Positions 30,628 through 40,604 are shown, counted from the first letter of the stretch. The stretch: 53,994 nucleotides of DNA from an uncultured Gemmatimonadaceae bacterium (GCA_963822945.1 CAWGJO010000038.1:1-53994), one strand, 5' to 3'. The notes: generated from the sequence alone by a model not told the origin. Numbers and translations are program-made.

Positions 30628-31299
30628 GTGCCCGAACACCACCTGCGGGTCACGCGCACCGCGCGCTATCACACGCTGGGAGACGGCGGGTCGCAGGTCC
30701 GCGAGATCTGGATCGCGTGTCACGGGTATGGCCAGTTGGCCGGCCGCTTCGTGCGGCACTTCCGGGCCATCGAGCACCCCGCGCGGCTCATCGTGGCGCC
30801 CGAGGCGCTGTCGCGGTTCTACCTCGGGAACAGCCTGCCGCACGGGCCCGACGCGCGCATCGGCGCCACGTGGATGACGCGCGAGGATCGCGACAGCGAG
30901 ATCGCCGACTACGTGGAGTACCTCGATGCGCTCGCCGCGCTGCTGTTGCAGGGGCGCGACCGGAGCCACACCCGGCTGGTGGCGTTCGGATTCTCGCAGG
31001 GCGTGGCGACGGTCATGCGATGGCTCGCGCTCGGCCAGACGCGCGCGGACCGGTTCATCGCCTGGTGCGGCTCGGTGCCGCACGACCTGGACCTCGCGGC
31101 GGCGCGCGACCGGCTGGGATCCGTTCCCGTCACCTGCGTCTTCGGCGACCGCGATCAGTTCTTCGATGCCGCGCGCATCGCGCAACAGACCGACGCGTTG
31201 CGCGCGGCGGGCGTGCCCTTCGAGTACGTGCCCTTTTCGGGAGTCCACACCATCGACGACGCCACGCTGGCGCGCGTGGCGGGGGCGCCGGCCGAGTAG
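30628..31299 (+). CDS. Alpha/beta hydrolase (phospholipase/carboxylesterase family)
   Basis: HGYGQ, GFSQG nucleophile elbow, GDRD and GVH. Confidence 0.88.
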   Translation: MPEHHLRVTRTARYHTLGDGGSQVREIWIACHGYGQLAGRFVRHFRAIEHPARLIVAPEALSRFYLGNSLPHGPDARIGATWMTREDRDSEIADYVEYLDALAALLLQGRDRSHTRLVAFGFSQGVATVMRWLALGQTRADRFIAWCGSVPHDLDLAAARDRLGSVPVTCVFGDRDQFFDAARIAQQTDALRAAGVPFEYVPFSGVHTIDDATLARVAGAPAE

Positions 31300-31309
31300 C
31301 GCGCGCGGG

Positions 31310-31705
31310 CTAGTGTCCCTTGCGGTCGCGAAGGCGCGTGATCTGGCGGCGGTCCTTCTTGGTCGGGCGTCCCTTGTCTTCCCAGACGAACGCGGCCGGC
31401 GCCATGCGCAGTTGCTCGGCGAGCTTCTGTCGCGCGGCGAGCGACTCCGGGGTCTCCTCGTAGAGCGCCTGCGCGTCGCGGGCCGAGCCGCGCCGGGGGG
31501 CCACGCCGCGCACGATGACCGTGTGCTCGTACGGACCGAGGCGCACGCGGATCTCGTCGCCCGGGCCCACCGTCTTCGCCGGTTTGGCGCGGTCGCCGTT
31601 GAGTTCCACCTTGCCGCCCTGCACGGCGTCGGTGGCCAGCGACCGCGTCTTGTAGAAGCGGGCGGCCCAGAGCCACTTGTCGATGCGGATTCGGGTGTCG
31701 GACAT
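31310..31705 (-). CDS. hslR: Ribosome-associated heat shock protein Hsp15 (S4 domain)
   Basis: RIDKWLWAARFYKTRSLA, RRGSA..AQALYEET, GRPTKKDRR. Confidence 0.95.
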   Translation of the reverse strand: MSDTRIRIDKWLWAARFYKTRSLATDAVQGGKVELNGDRAKPAKTVGPGDEIRVRLGPYEHTVIVRGVAPRRGSARDAQALYEETPESLAARQKLAEQLRMAPAAFVWEDKGRPTKKDRRQITRLRDRKGH

Positions 31706-31812
31706 GGGGGAAAGTATACTGCGCTGGCGGCGAAATTTCGGGATCGACGTATCCCCCGCCAACCGGCGGCCACCTATTCGCCGCCGCCGCCCTTCCGGTG
31801 TATGATCGAGGC

Positions 31813-32682
31813 ATGATGAGACTGCATCCCCGGCACTACCTCGCCGCCCTCGCGCTGCTTGCGTCGACGGCCGCCGCCCAGACGCCGCCCGATTCGGCCG
31901 CCTGCCGGCAGCGGCTGGCCGCGCCGGCCGCCGACTCCAACATGGTGCAGCTCAGTCTGGTCGTGACGCCGTTCGACCTGACGCACCCGCTGTCGCCGAC
32001 CGACCAGTCGCTGCTCGGCGAGGGTGTGCGCCAGATGCTCGTGCTGCCGCGCGTCGTACAGCTCGACGTCTACGACGCACAGGTCGGGGTCACCAGCTTC
32101 CCGACCGTGGACGGCACGTACCGCGTCACGTGGCGCCGCGACGGACACTTCGCCCACGCGCGGGTCGTCGGCGGCACCCGCAATGCGCCCGTCGACCGGG
32201 CGATCCTCTCGGCGCTCGCCGCGCTCGACAGCAGCCAGTTGATGCCGCCGCCGGATTCCGCGGCGCTCGCCGGGGCCGACTCCGTCGATCTGCGGCTGGC
32301 CCTGACGCCCGAAGCGGTGTGGTCGGCGAAACACCCGCGCGGCGACCTGCCGCCCGAACCGGGGGTCACCCGCCTGGTCCGGCTGCGCGTCCCCACGCGG
32401 CGGGTGACGCGCCCCCTGGACATCGTGTCTCCCCATCCGGACCCGGTCTATCCGGCGGAACTTCGGAAGGCGGGGATCCAGGGCGAGGTCGACGTGCAGT
32501 TCGTCGTCGATGCGGCAGGCGTGCTCGACACGCGGACGCTCCAGGTCGTGCGCGCGGACGTCGTTGAATTCGTCGAGCCCGCGCTGGCGGCACTCCGCGC
32601 GTATCGTTTCCGTCCCCTGATGGTCGAGGGCTGCGCCGTGGCCGCCACCGTCCGGATGCCGTTCGTGTTTGGTGTTCACTGA
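31813..32682 (+). CDS. TonB C-terminal domain protein
   Basis: Signal peptide; C-terminal PVYPAELRKAGIQGEVDVQFVVDAAG...YRFRP...MPFVF. Confidence 0.8.
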   Translation: MMRLHPRHYLAALALLASTAAAQTPPDSAACRQRLAAPAADSNMVQLSLVVTPFDLTHPLSPTDQSLLGEGVRQMLVLPRVVQLDVYDAQVGVTSFPTVDGTYRVTWRRDGHFAHARVVGGTRNAPVDRAILSALAALDSSQLMPPPDSAALAGADSVDLRLALTPEAVWSAKHPRGDLPPEPGVTRLVRLRVPTRRVTRPLDIVSPHPDPVYPAELRKAGIQGEVDVQFVVDAAGVLDTRTLQVVRADVVEFVEPALAALRAYRFRPLMVEGCAVAATVRMPFVFGVH

Positions 32683-32727
32683 TCGCCGCGGGCTGCCGTC
32701 GATGCAGGCTCCTTTCCTCCAAGTCCC

Positions 32728-33507
32728 ATGAATCCGATCCAGGAAGCGCTGCGCACACTCTCGCCCGCCAACCGCGTGCTGGTCGCAGTCGGCGCGGGCG
32801 CCGTCGTGCTCTGGGTGTGGACCTCGCTCCGGGCGCGGTGGCGCAACCGGGAGCACACGGTGTACGTGATTCCGGACGATGAGACCTTCGGGCATGAGGG
32901 GCGGCATGACCCCGCCCCGAGCGAACCGGCGCCCGCGCCGGCACCCGCCGCCAAGCCGGGGGGCGATCTCCGTTCGGTGGCGGAACCCGGCCCACGGTCG
33001 GCCGTGCCGCCGGACCGGGCGGCAGAAGACGACGACGTCGCCGAGATGCCGGCCGTGGCCGCGCCTGATGCCGGGGACGCCCCGGACGCCGCCGCCGCCC
33101 GGACGCCTTCCTGGTCCCCGGACTGGGCCGAGGGGCGGCGTCTCTGTCCGTGCTGCGGCTACGCCACCGACTACACCCCCGCCCGCCGCTGCTCGCTGTG
33201 CGATTGGGAGGAGCCGCCGGAGCCCGTCCTCGACGACGATCTGCCGGTGCCGCCGAACCCCGACGATCTGCTCGACGAGGCGCGGGCGCGATACCGCACC
33301 ACGGGTTCCGCGCTCACGCCGGAGGAACGGGCCGAGTGGCTCGGTCCGCTGACGCCTAGTGAGATCGAGCTGCGCCGGCAGCTCCACGACCGGCTGGAAT
33401 ATCTCCGCACCGGCGACCGGCCCGACAGCTCCGAAACCTGGGAGGCCATCGGTCGGATCATCGACGACCTGCACCGGGAGCAGGAGCGCGAAGGCCTCGA
33501 CAGCTGA
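32728..33507 (+). CDS. Membrane-anchored protein with a CPCC-type cysteine-rich domain
   Basis: N-terminal TM, Pro/Ala/Asp linker, then CPCCGY...CSLCDWE...PN..LDEAR.RY. Confidence 0.7.
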   Translation: MNPIQEALRTLSPANRVLVAVGAGAVVLWVWTSLRARWRNREHTVYVIPDDETFGHEGRHDPAPSEPAPAPAPAAKPGGDLRSVAEPGPRSAVPPDRAAEDDDVAEMPAVAAPDAGDAPDAAAARTPSWSPDWAEGRRLCPCCGYATDYTPARRCSLCDWEEPPEPVLDDDLPVPPNPDDLLDEARARYRTTGSALTPEERAEWLGPLTPSEIELRRQLHDRLEYLRTGDRPDSSETWEAIGRIIDDLHREQEREGLDS

Positions 33508-33523
33508 CCCAGACCCGCACGCC

Positions 33524-33799
33524 ATGCGCCAGAACACCGCCATCACCATTCCCGATACCGCGAAGAAGCAGGCCATCGTGTCGCTCAAGCGGTACGTCGC
33601 CGAGAACCTCGACCAGGAGATCGGCGATCTGAAGGCCGACCTGCTGCTCGACTACGTGCTCCGCGAGATCGGCCCGACGATCTACAACCAGGCCATCGCC
33701 GATGCCAAACACTTCTTCGCGGAACGCACCGCCGACCTCGACGCCGTGTGCTACCAGAAGGAGTTCACGTACTGGGCGGGAACTCCGCGAGGCAGGTAG
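33524..33799 (+). CDS. DUF2164 family protein
   Basis: EIGDLKADLLLDYVLREIGPTIYNQAIADA. Confidence 0.88.
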   Translation: MRQNTAITIPDTAKKQAIVSLKRYVAENLDQEIGDLKADLLLDYVLREIGPTIYNQAIADAKHFFAERTADLDAVCYQKEFTYWAGTPRGR

Positions 33800-33820
33800 G
33801 GATTCGCCCCACACGGCCGC

Positions 33821-33851
33821 TTGACTAATAATGACTGATGAGTAAGTTATT
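33821..33851 (+). promoter_or_regulatory. Putative sigma70 promoter of the efflux operon with an overlapping imperfect palindrome
   Basis: TTGACT-N16-TAAGTT inside an AT-rich island; AATAATGACTGATGAGTAAGTTATT dyad. Confidence 0.6.
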
Positions 33852-33905
33852 TTCTTCGCGAGGCGCAACCACTGGTCTCGCATTCTTTTGTGTCAGTCAG
33901 GTAAA

Positions 33906-33923
33906 TGACCGACCCGTCGGTCA
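33906..33923. promoter_or_regulatory. TetR-family operator
   Basis: Perfect inverted repeat TGACCGAC-CC-GTCGGTCA, 33 nt upstream of the tetR start. Confidence 0.75.
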
Positions 33924-33956
33924 CTTGCTGTCATAGTAGGGGTTAGGAGGACAAGG

Positions 33957-34628
33957 ATGGTTCAGCCAGATATCGCCCACGAGCCGAAATGGCGACGCCG
34001 CCCCGAAGAGCGGCCGCGCCAGATCCTCGACGCGGCGTTCGAGGCCTTCGCCGAACACGGACTCGCCTCGGCCCGGCTCGACGACATCGCGCGCCGGGCC
34101 GGCGTCTCCAAGGGCACGATCTATCTCTACTTCCCGAGCAAGGAAGACCTGTTCCGGGAGGTGGTACGCCACACGGTCGGCGACGCGATCGACGACCTCG
34201 AACGGCGCATCTCCGGACCCACTGCGACCGACGACCTCAACTCGTTCATGGACGCGCACTGGCGCTTCATGTGCTCGTCCAAGTTTCCGCCGCTCCACCG
34301 CTGGGTGCATGCGGAACTCTACGCGTATCCGGACCTCGCCTCGTTCTACGGCGACGAGGTGTTCGGCCGGGGGCGCCGGCTGCTGCGCTCGATTCTCGAG
34401 CGCGGGATGGCGCGCGGCGAATTCCGTCGCATGGATCCGGGCGTTGCCGCCCGGATGCTCATCGCGCTGCTCACGACGTACGGCAACTGGCGCCACCGTC
34501 CCGTGCTCTGCGACTCGATCGGCGGCAAATCGGATCACCAGCTGCTCGACGAGATCAAGGATTTCTACATGACCGCCATCCGCCCGGCGTCCGACGCGCC
34601 GGCCCAGACTCCGGCTTCACACTCATGA
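33957..34628 (+). CDS. TetR/AcrR family transcriptional regulator
   Basis: LDDIARRAGVSKGTIYLYFPSKEDLF HTH; AGGAGG RBS. Confidence 0.95.
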   Translation: MVQPDIAHEPKWRRRPEERPRQILDAAFEAFAEHGLASARLDDIARRAGVSKGTIYLYFPSKEDLFREVVRHTVGDAIDDLERRISGPTATDDLNSFMDAHWRFMCSSKFPPLHRWVHAELYAYPDLASFYGDEVFGRGRRLLRSILERGMARGEFRRMDPGVAARMLIALLTTYGNWRHRPVLCDSIGGKSDHQLLDEIKDFYMTAIRPASDAPAQTPASHS

Positions 34629-36007
34629 ACGTCATCGCCCGCTCTTCTGCGCGCGCCGCGACCGCGCTGTCGCTCGCCATTGCGGTGAACCTCTCGGCGC
34701 CCGTTCCGGCAAAGGCGCAGCAGCCGGCGCCGCAGCGCCTCTCGTTGGCCGACGCCGTGCGGATGGCCGCCCGGCAGAGTGCGCTCGTCGAGACGGCCGG
34801 ACTGCGCACCGCAGCCGCCAACGCGCGGGTCTCGCAGACCCGGTCGGCGTTCCTGCCGAACCTCTCGGCCGGCGCCACCGAGATGCAGACCACGCTCAAC
34901 TCGGCCACCTTCGGCTTCAACTTCCCGTCGCAGCCGGGGCAGCCGCCGTTTCTGAATCCCCTGGGCCAGATCATCGGTCCCGTGGCCACGTTCGACGTAC
35001 GCGCCCACGCCTCGCAGACGCTGTTCGATCCCGCCGCGCTGGGGCGGCTGCGGGCATCGCGAGCGGGCGCCGCCGCGGTGGGGGTCGGCGAGAGCGCGGC
35101 CGCCGAACAGGCGGCGGCGCAGGCGGCCTCTGCCTACGTGATGGCGCTCCGTGCCGACGCGCAGCTGTCGGCCCGGCTCGCCGATTCGTCGCTCGCCGTG
35201 GATCTCCTGAACATCGCGCAGGATCAGCTCGCGGCCGGCGTCGGCGTGGCGCTGGACGTGACGCGCGCCGAGTCGCAACTGGCCGGCGTGAAGGCGCAGC
35301 TCATCGCGGCGCGCAACGACGAGGCCCGTTCGCGGCTCAACCTCGCGCGCGCGCTCAACCTGCCGCTCGAGACGCCGTTCACGCTCACCGATTCGCTCAC
35401 CGCCCTCGATGACCTGCCGGGCGCGGGGTCGGAGGACGTGAACGCCGCGGTGGCGCTGGCCATGCGGCAGCGGCCCGACGTGCGGGCGCTCCAGGCGCAG
35501 ATGCACGCCGCGCAGGCGCAGATCAACGCCATTCGCGACGAGCGGCTTCCCAGCGTGAACGCGTTCGGCAACGGCGGCTACATCGGTCTCCGGCTGAGCC
35601 ACCTGCTGGCCACGTACACATGGGGCGTGGAACTCTCGGTGCCGGTGTTCGACGGCAACCGCCGCGGCGCGCGCGTGACGGAGCAGGATGCCGCGATGCG
35701 CGAGATCCAGGTGCGCGAGCACGACCTGCAGCAGCAGGTGGCAGCCGATGTCCGCGGCGCCGTGCTCGACTTGTCCTCGGCGCGGCAGGCCGTGGGCGCG
35801 GCGCGCGAGCGGGTGCGGCTGGCCGAGCAGGAAGTGTCGCAGGCCCGCGACCGGTTCCGCGCCGGCGTGGCCGGTAATGCCGACGTGATCACCGCGTCGC
35901 TGACGCTCAACAGCGCCCGCACGCAGCTCATCGATGCCGAAACGGCATTCCAGTCCGCGCGCGTCGCGCTCGCCCGTGCGGAAGGGCGCACGACGTCGCT
36001 GCAGTAA
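34625..36007 (+). CDS. TolC-family outer membrane efflux protein
   Basis: ATGA overlap with tetR; signal peptide, AFLPNLS, RPDV, LSVPVFDG and RFRAGV. Confidence 0.92.
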   Translation: MNVIARSSARAATALSLAIAVNLSAPVPAKAQQPAPQRLSLADAVRMAARQSALVETAGLRTAAANARVSQTRSAFLPNLSAGATEMQTTLNSATFGFNFPSQPGQPPFLNPLGQIIGPVATFDVRAHASQTLFDPAALGRLRASRAGAAAVGVGESAAAEQAAAQAASAYVMALRADAQLSARLADSSLAVDLLNIAQDQLAAGVGVALDVTRAESQLAGVKAQLIAARNDEARSRLNLARALNLPLETPFTLTDSLTALDDLPGAGSEDVNAAVALAMRQRPDVRALQAQMHAAQAQINAIRDERLPSVNAFGNGGYIGLRLSHLLATYTWGVELSVPVFDGNRRGARVTEQDAAMREIQVREHDLQQQVAADVRGAVLDLSSARQAVGAARERVRLAEQEVSQARDRFRAGVAGNADVITASLTLNSARTQLIDAETAFQSARVALARAEGRTTSLQ

Positions 36008-36059
36008 TCACGCGTCCCGATCGATTCCCACACCACGACTCTCTCGATAAGCAAGAACC

Positions 36060-37151
36060 ATGGCAACTCAAACAACGCCCACCGATCGTGACGCGACGCC
36101 GGCCGGGAACGGCAACCGGCGCAAGTTCGTCCTTCCCATTCTCATCCTGATCGTGATCGTCGGACTGGGCTGGGCCGTGAAGGAGTACCTGTACGCCCGC
36201 GTCCATGAGTCCACCGACGATGCCCAGGTGGACGGCGACATGACGCCCGTGCTCGCCAAGGTCGGCGGCTACGTGCAGCGGATCACCATCGACGAGAACG
36301 AGCACGTGGCGGCCGATTCGCTGCTCGTGCAGATCGATCCGTCGGAGTACCAGGCCAAGCTCGCGCAGGCCGAGGCCGACCTGGCCGCGGCGCGCGCCGC
36401 GGTGTCGGGTCCGCAGGGTGAGGGACAGGCCCAGGCAGCGGTGCAGGCCGCGTCCAACCAGCGCGCGTCGTTGCAGGCGCAGATCGGTGCGGCCCAGGCC
36501 AATCTGACGATGGCCAACGCCGACCTGGCGCGGGCCAAGGAGTTGGTGGCCAAGCAGATCGTGTCCAGGCAGCAGCTCGACGCGGCGCAGGCGGCCGCCG
36601 ATGCGGCGGCGGCGCAGTTGGAGGCGCTCCAGAAGCAGCAGAGCGCGGCGTCGTCGAACATCAGCGCGGCGAAGGCCGGCGTGCGGCTGGCGCAGGCGCG
36701 GCTGGACGCCGCGCAGGCGGCCGTGGACAATGCCAAGCTGCAGCTCTCCTACACGCGGATCACCGCGCCCATGGCGGGTATGGTGTCGCGCAAGCAGGTG
36801 GAGATCGGGCAGCTCGTGCAGCCGGGGCAGCCGCTGCTCACCATCGTGGCCGACACGGGCGTCTGGGTCACCGCGAACTACAAGGAAACGCAGCTCGCCG
36901 ACATCCGCGTCGGCCAGCCGGTGGACATCGAGGTCGATGCCTATCCCGGGTGTGCCGCCAAGGGAAAGGTGGAGAGCCTGGCCGCGGCCACGGGGGCGAA
37001 GTTCGCGCTGCTCCCGCCCGACAACGCCACGGGCAACTTCACCAAGGTCGTGCAGCGCGTCCCGGTGCGCGTCGCCGTCACGCAGGGGTGCGGCCCGAAC
37101 GAGCCGCTCCGCCCCGGCATGTCGGTGGTGGCGCACGTCGTGACCAAGTAA
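36060..37151 (+). CDS. emrA: HlyD/EmrA-family periplasmic adaptor
   Basis: STDDAQV, ANYKETQL, LPPDNATGNFTKVVQRVPV and LRPGMS. Confidence 0.93.
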   Translation: MATQTTPTDRDATPAGNGNRRKFVLPILILIVIVGLGWAVKEYLYARVHESTDDAQVDGDMTPVLAKVGGYVQRITIDENEHVAADSLLVQIDPSEYQAKLAQAEADLAAARAAVSGPQGEGQAQAAVQAASNQRASLQAQIGAAQANLTMANADLARAKELVAKQIVSRQQLDAAQAAADAAAAQLEALQKQQSAASSNISAAKAGVRLAQARLDAAQAAVDNAKLQLSYTRITAPMAGMVSRKQVEIGQLVQPGQPLLTIVADTGVWVTANYKETQLADIRVGQPVDIEVDAYPGCAAKGKVESLAAATGAKFALLPPDNATGNFTKVVQRVPVRVAVTQGCGPNEPLRPGMSVVAHVVTK

Positions 37152-37182
37152 TCACGCACCCAGATACCTGAGGCAGTAGTCG

Positions 37183-38826
37183 ATGACGGACGCGACCGCG
37201 ACGGTCGGGGACGGCGCATCGCTGTCGGCCGGAGGCACCACGCGTGTGGTGTATCCCACGCCGGCGGCGCACGCCGCCGAGCACGAAGACCCGTACAAGT
37301 ACAAGTACATCATCGCCATCGCGGTCACGCTGGCGGCGGTGCTGGAGTTGATCGACACGTCGATCGTGAACGTCGCCATTCCCCACATGATGGGGAACCT
37401 CGGCGCCACGATCGACGAGATCTCGTGGGTGTCCACGGGCTACATCATCGCCAATGTGATCGTGATCCCCATGTCGGGGTGGCTCTCCGCCTACTTCGGG
37501 CGCAAGCGCTACCTCACGGGGTCGATCATGCTGTTCGTCGGCGCGTCGTTCATGTGCGGTGCCGCGCATTCGCTGGGCGGCCTGGTGCTCTGGCGCGTGA
37601 TTCAGGGGCTGGGCGGCGGCGCGCTGCTGTCCACCGCGCAGACCACGCTGTTCGAATCGTTCCCGCCGCACGAGGTGGGCATCGGCCAGGCCATGTTCGG
37701 CGTCGGGGTGATGGTGGGGCCCACCATCGGCCCCACCCTCGGCGGCTGGATCGTGGACAACTACAACTGGCCCTGGATCTTCTACATCAACGTGCCGCTG
37801 GGCATTCTCGCCGCGTTCATGGTGTACACCTACGTGCACGACGCCGCGCACCAGGAGCGCGCCAAGAGCATCGATTTCCTGGGAATCCTCTTCCTGGCTA
37901 CGGGCGTCGGCTCGCTCCAGTGGATGCTCGAACGGGGAGAACGCTACGACTGGTTCGACTCCCGGTTCGTGACCGCGCTCTGCATCATCGCGGTGACGTC
38001 GTTCGTGCTGCTGCTGTGGCGCGAGCTCACCACCAAGGAGCCGGTGATCAACTTCCGGGTGTTCCGGAGCCGGCAACTCTCCGCCGGGGTGAGCATCGCC
38101 GCGTTTCTGGGGCTCGCGCTCTACGGCTCCATCTTCGTGCTGCCCGTGTTCCTGCAGCAACTTCACGGGTTCACCGCCAACCAGACGGGCCTCGTCATTC
38201 TGCCGGGCGCCCTCGCGTCGGCGGTGGTGATGGCGTGGGTGGGGCGCAACGCCAACTGGCTCGACGCGCGCATCACGGTGACCATCGGGGCGCTGTTCTT
38301 CCTGCTGTCCATGTACCAGCTCTCGTTCCTGTCGCTCGACGCCGGTCGCGGCGACCTGTTCTGGCCGCTCATCTGGCGTGGTGTGGGCCTGGGGCTGATC
38401 TTCGTGCCGCTCACCAACGCCACGATGGCCGATCTCGCCACCCGCGACCTGGCGCAGGGCACCGGCATGTTCAACCTCACGCGCCAGCTGGGCGGCTCCC
38501 TCGGCATCGCCATCATGGCCACGCTGCTCACGCGGTTCACGACCATCGCCAAGGGAACGCTCACCCAGCACGTGACCACCATGGACCCGCAGACCCTGGG
38601 GCGGCTGCACGGGATCACGAACGCGATGATCGCGCGCGGCGCCAGCCCGCTCGTGGCGCACCAGCAAGCCCTGGCGATCATGGACCGGCAGATCGGCGCC
38701 CAGGCCAGCGTGCTGGCGTTCTCCAAGATCTATCTGTTGAGCGGACTCCTGCTGGTCGCGTCGCTCCCGCTGCTGTTCTTCTTCCATACGGGCAAGGCCC
38801 GCACCACCGTGCGTTCGCTGCACTGA
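37183..38826 (+). CDS. emrB: DHA2/EmrB-family MFS efflux permease
   Basis: LELIDTSIVNVAIP, WVSTGY, GPTLGGW, WPWIFYINVP and RQLGGSLGIA. Confidence 0.93.
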   Translation: MTDATATVGDGASLSAGGTTRVVYPTPAAHAAEHEDPYKYKYIIAIAVTLAAVLELIDTSIVNVAIPHMMGNLGATIDEISWVSTGYIIANVIVIPMSGWLSAYFGRKRYLTGSIMLFVGASFMCGAAHSLGGLVLWRVIQGLGGGALLSTAQTTLFESFPPHEVGIGQAMFGVGVMVGPTIGPTLGGWIVDNYNWPWIFYINVPLGILAAFMVYTYVHDAAHQERAKSIDFLGILFLATGVGSLQWMLERGERYDWFDSRFVTALCIIAVTSFVLLLWRELTTKEPVINFRVFRSRQLSAGVSIAAFLGLALYGSIFVLPVFLQQLHGFTANQTGLVILPGALASAVVMAWVGRNANWLDARITVTIGALFFLLSMYQLSFLSLDAGRGDLFWPLIWRGVGLGLIFVPLTNATMADLATRDLAQGTGMFNLTRQLGGSLGIAIMATLLTRFTTIAKGTLTQHVTTMDPQTLGRLHGITNAMIARGASPLVAHQQALAIMDRQIGAQASVLAFSKIYLLSGLLLVASLPLLFFFHTGKARTTVRSLH

Positions 38827-38956
38827 TCGCGGCCTCCGGCCGGCGGCCATCGACCGTCGGCGGGAACCTGCGCCGCCCGTCGCCGATTGTGACTCCTGGG
38901 CGGCGGCGGGGGGGCACCTCTCGACGCCGCTTTCCACTGACGCTAACGTCGAGTCG

Positions 38957-39688
38957 ATGACTACACGACACCACTGGATCGTCCGCGCCACCCACTGGGT
39001 GAACGTGCTCGCGCTGGGGATCATGGTCACCAGCGGGCTGCGGATCTTCAACGCCTATCCGGCGTTCGCGCGCAAGGGCGAGACGTTCTGCTGCTACCCG
39101 TTCGCCGGCCGGCCCATTCCGGCCTGGCTCACCTTCGGCGGATGGTTGGCCGGCGCCCGGCACTGGCACTTTGCGGCCATGTGGCTGCTCGTCGTGAACG
39201 GGCTGATCTACCTGGGGTTCATCTATCTCCACGGAGATTGGCGCGACCTGACGCCGCACCGCGGCGACCTGCGCGACGCGTGGGAGATGATGAAGTTCTA
39301 TCTCTTCGTGCGCCGCGACCACCCGCGCCAGGGCAAGCACAATGCGCTGCAGCGCGGTGCGTACTTCGCCATGCCGGTATTCGGGGTGCTGGCCGTGGTC
39401 TCGGGGATCGCCATCTGGAAGCCGGTGCAGCTGGCCTGGCTGACGAATCTGATGGGCGGCTACGTGTGGGCGCGCTACTGGCACTTCCTGGCCATGATCG
39501 CGCTCGTGGCGCTCACCGCCGTCCACGTGTTCATGGTGTTCAGCGTCGATCCGTACGCGCTGCGCGCCATCACCACCGGCGGCTACAACGAGGCACGGTC
39601 GCCCGAAGAGCGCAACGCGCGCCCCTTCTGGTGGAAGCGTCCGCCGCCCACCACCCCGTCCGCGCCATCGGCCCCGGAGGCGCCATGA
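38957..39688 (+). CDS. Cytochrome b/b6-domain membrane protein (Ni-hydrogenase/thiosulfate reductase b-type family)
   Basis: RATHWVN, ARHWHF, KHNALQR, WKPVQ and YWHF...HV haem-ligand histidines. Confidence 0.88.
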   Translation: MTTRHHWIVRATHWVNVLALGIMVTSGLRIFNAYPAFARKGETFCCYPFAGRPIPAWLTFGGWLAGARHWHFAAMWLLVVNGLIYLGFIYLHGDWRDLTPHRGDLRDAWEMMKFYLFVRRDHPRQGKHNALQRGAYFAMPVFGVLAVVSGIAIWKPVQLAWLTNLMGGYVWARYWHFLAMIALVALTAVHVFMVFSVDPYALRAITTGGYNEARSPEERNARPFWWKRPPPTTPSAPSAPEAP

Positions 39689-40398
39689 GCCTCGACCGCC
39701 GCCGGTTCCTCCAGGTGAGCGCCGCGTCGCTCACCGCGGCCTTCTTCGCCGCCTGCGATTCCCAGGGTCCCGACAGTGCGAAGGGCATCCTGTCGTTCGC
39801 CGAGCGTCGCAACGAGAGCGTGGAGCGCCTGCTGTTCCGCCACACGTCCATGGACCACGCGCCGAACGGCGCCGCGGCGGCGGGGAGCGCGTTTCCCAAG
39901 TACTTCATCTCCGACCGCGTGCCGGTGTGGGACCCGGCTACACAGGGCCCGTGGGCGCTCGAGGTGGCCGGGTTGGTGGACCACCCGGTGCGCCTCTCGC
40001 TCGACGATCTGCAGCGCCTGCCGCGCGTCACGCAGCGCGTGAACCACTTCTGCGTCGAGGGATGGACGGCCGTGGCAGCGTGGACGGGCACCCGCGTGTC
40101 GGAGTTGGCCAAGCTGGTCGGCGTGCATCCCGACGCGAAGTACGTCGACTTCGCCTCGTTCGACGACGGCTATCACGAGAGCTGGGATCTGGCCAGCGCC
40201 ATGCATCCGCAGACGCTCATCGCGTACGGGATGGACGGGCGCCTGCTGGGTCCCGGGCACGGGGCGCCGGCCCGGGTGCACTCGCCGGTGAAGCTCGGAT
40301 ACAAGAACACCAAGTACCTGGTGCGCGTGCAGTTCATGGCCCAGCGCAACGGCGGCTACTGGAGCGACCAGGGCTACGAGTGGTACGGCGGCACGTAG
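39685..40398 (+). CDS. Tat-exported molybdopterin oxidoreductase (sulfite oxidase family, MsrP/YedY-like)
   Basis: ATGA overlap; DRRRFL twin-arginine, possible lipobox FAA-C, HFCVEGW Mo-ligand Cys, HPQTL, HGAPAR and KLGYKNTK. Confidence 0.9.
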   Translation: MSLDRRRFLQVSAASLTAAFFAACDSQGPDSAKGILSFAERRNESVERLLFRHTSMDHAPNGAAAAGSAFPKYFISDRVPVWDPATQGPWALEVAGLVDHPVRLSLDDLQRLPRVTQRVNHFCVEGWTAVAAWTGTRVSELAKLVGVHPDAKYVDFASFDDGYHESWDLASAMHPQTLIAYGMDGRLLGPGHGAPARVHSPVKLGYKNTKYLVRVQFMAQRNGGYWSDQGYEWYGGT

Positions 40399-40529
40399 CC
40401 CGTGCCGCGGCGTCCACCGGCCAAGGCGTGCCGGATAGCCGACGTCCCGCCTCCCGTTTCCCCGCCTGTTTGCCTGACTCGTGGCGCTCGAATCCCAACT
40501 CCGGGCGCGGTGTTCTCTCAACGGCTTCT

Positions 40530-40554
40530 TAACGCCCGTCCGCTGCGCGCGTCT
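40530..40554 (+). promoter_or_regulatory. Possible ECF sigma promoter
   Basis: TAAC-N16-CGTCT, 50 nt upstream of the Spy-like gene; matches the generic AAC-N16-CGT ECF pattern. Short motif, could be chance. Confidence 0.3.
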
Positions 40555-40604
40555 GCCTAGGTGAAGCCGGCGCGATGGAGCGCTGCGACGAATCCGGGGG
40601 AGTC

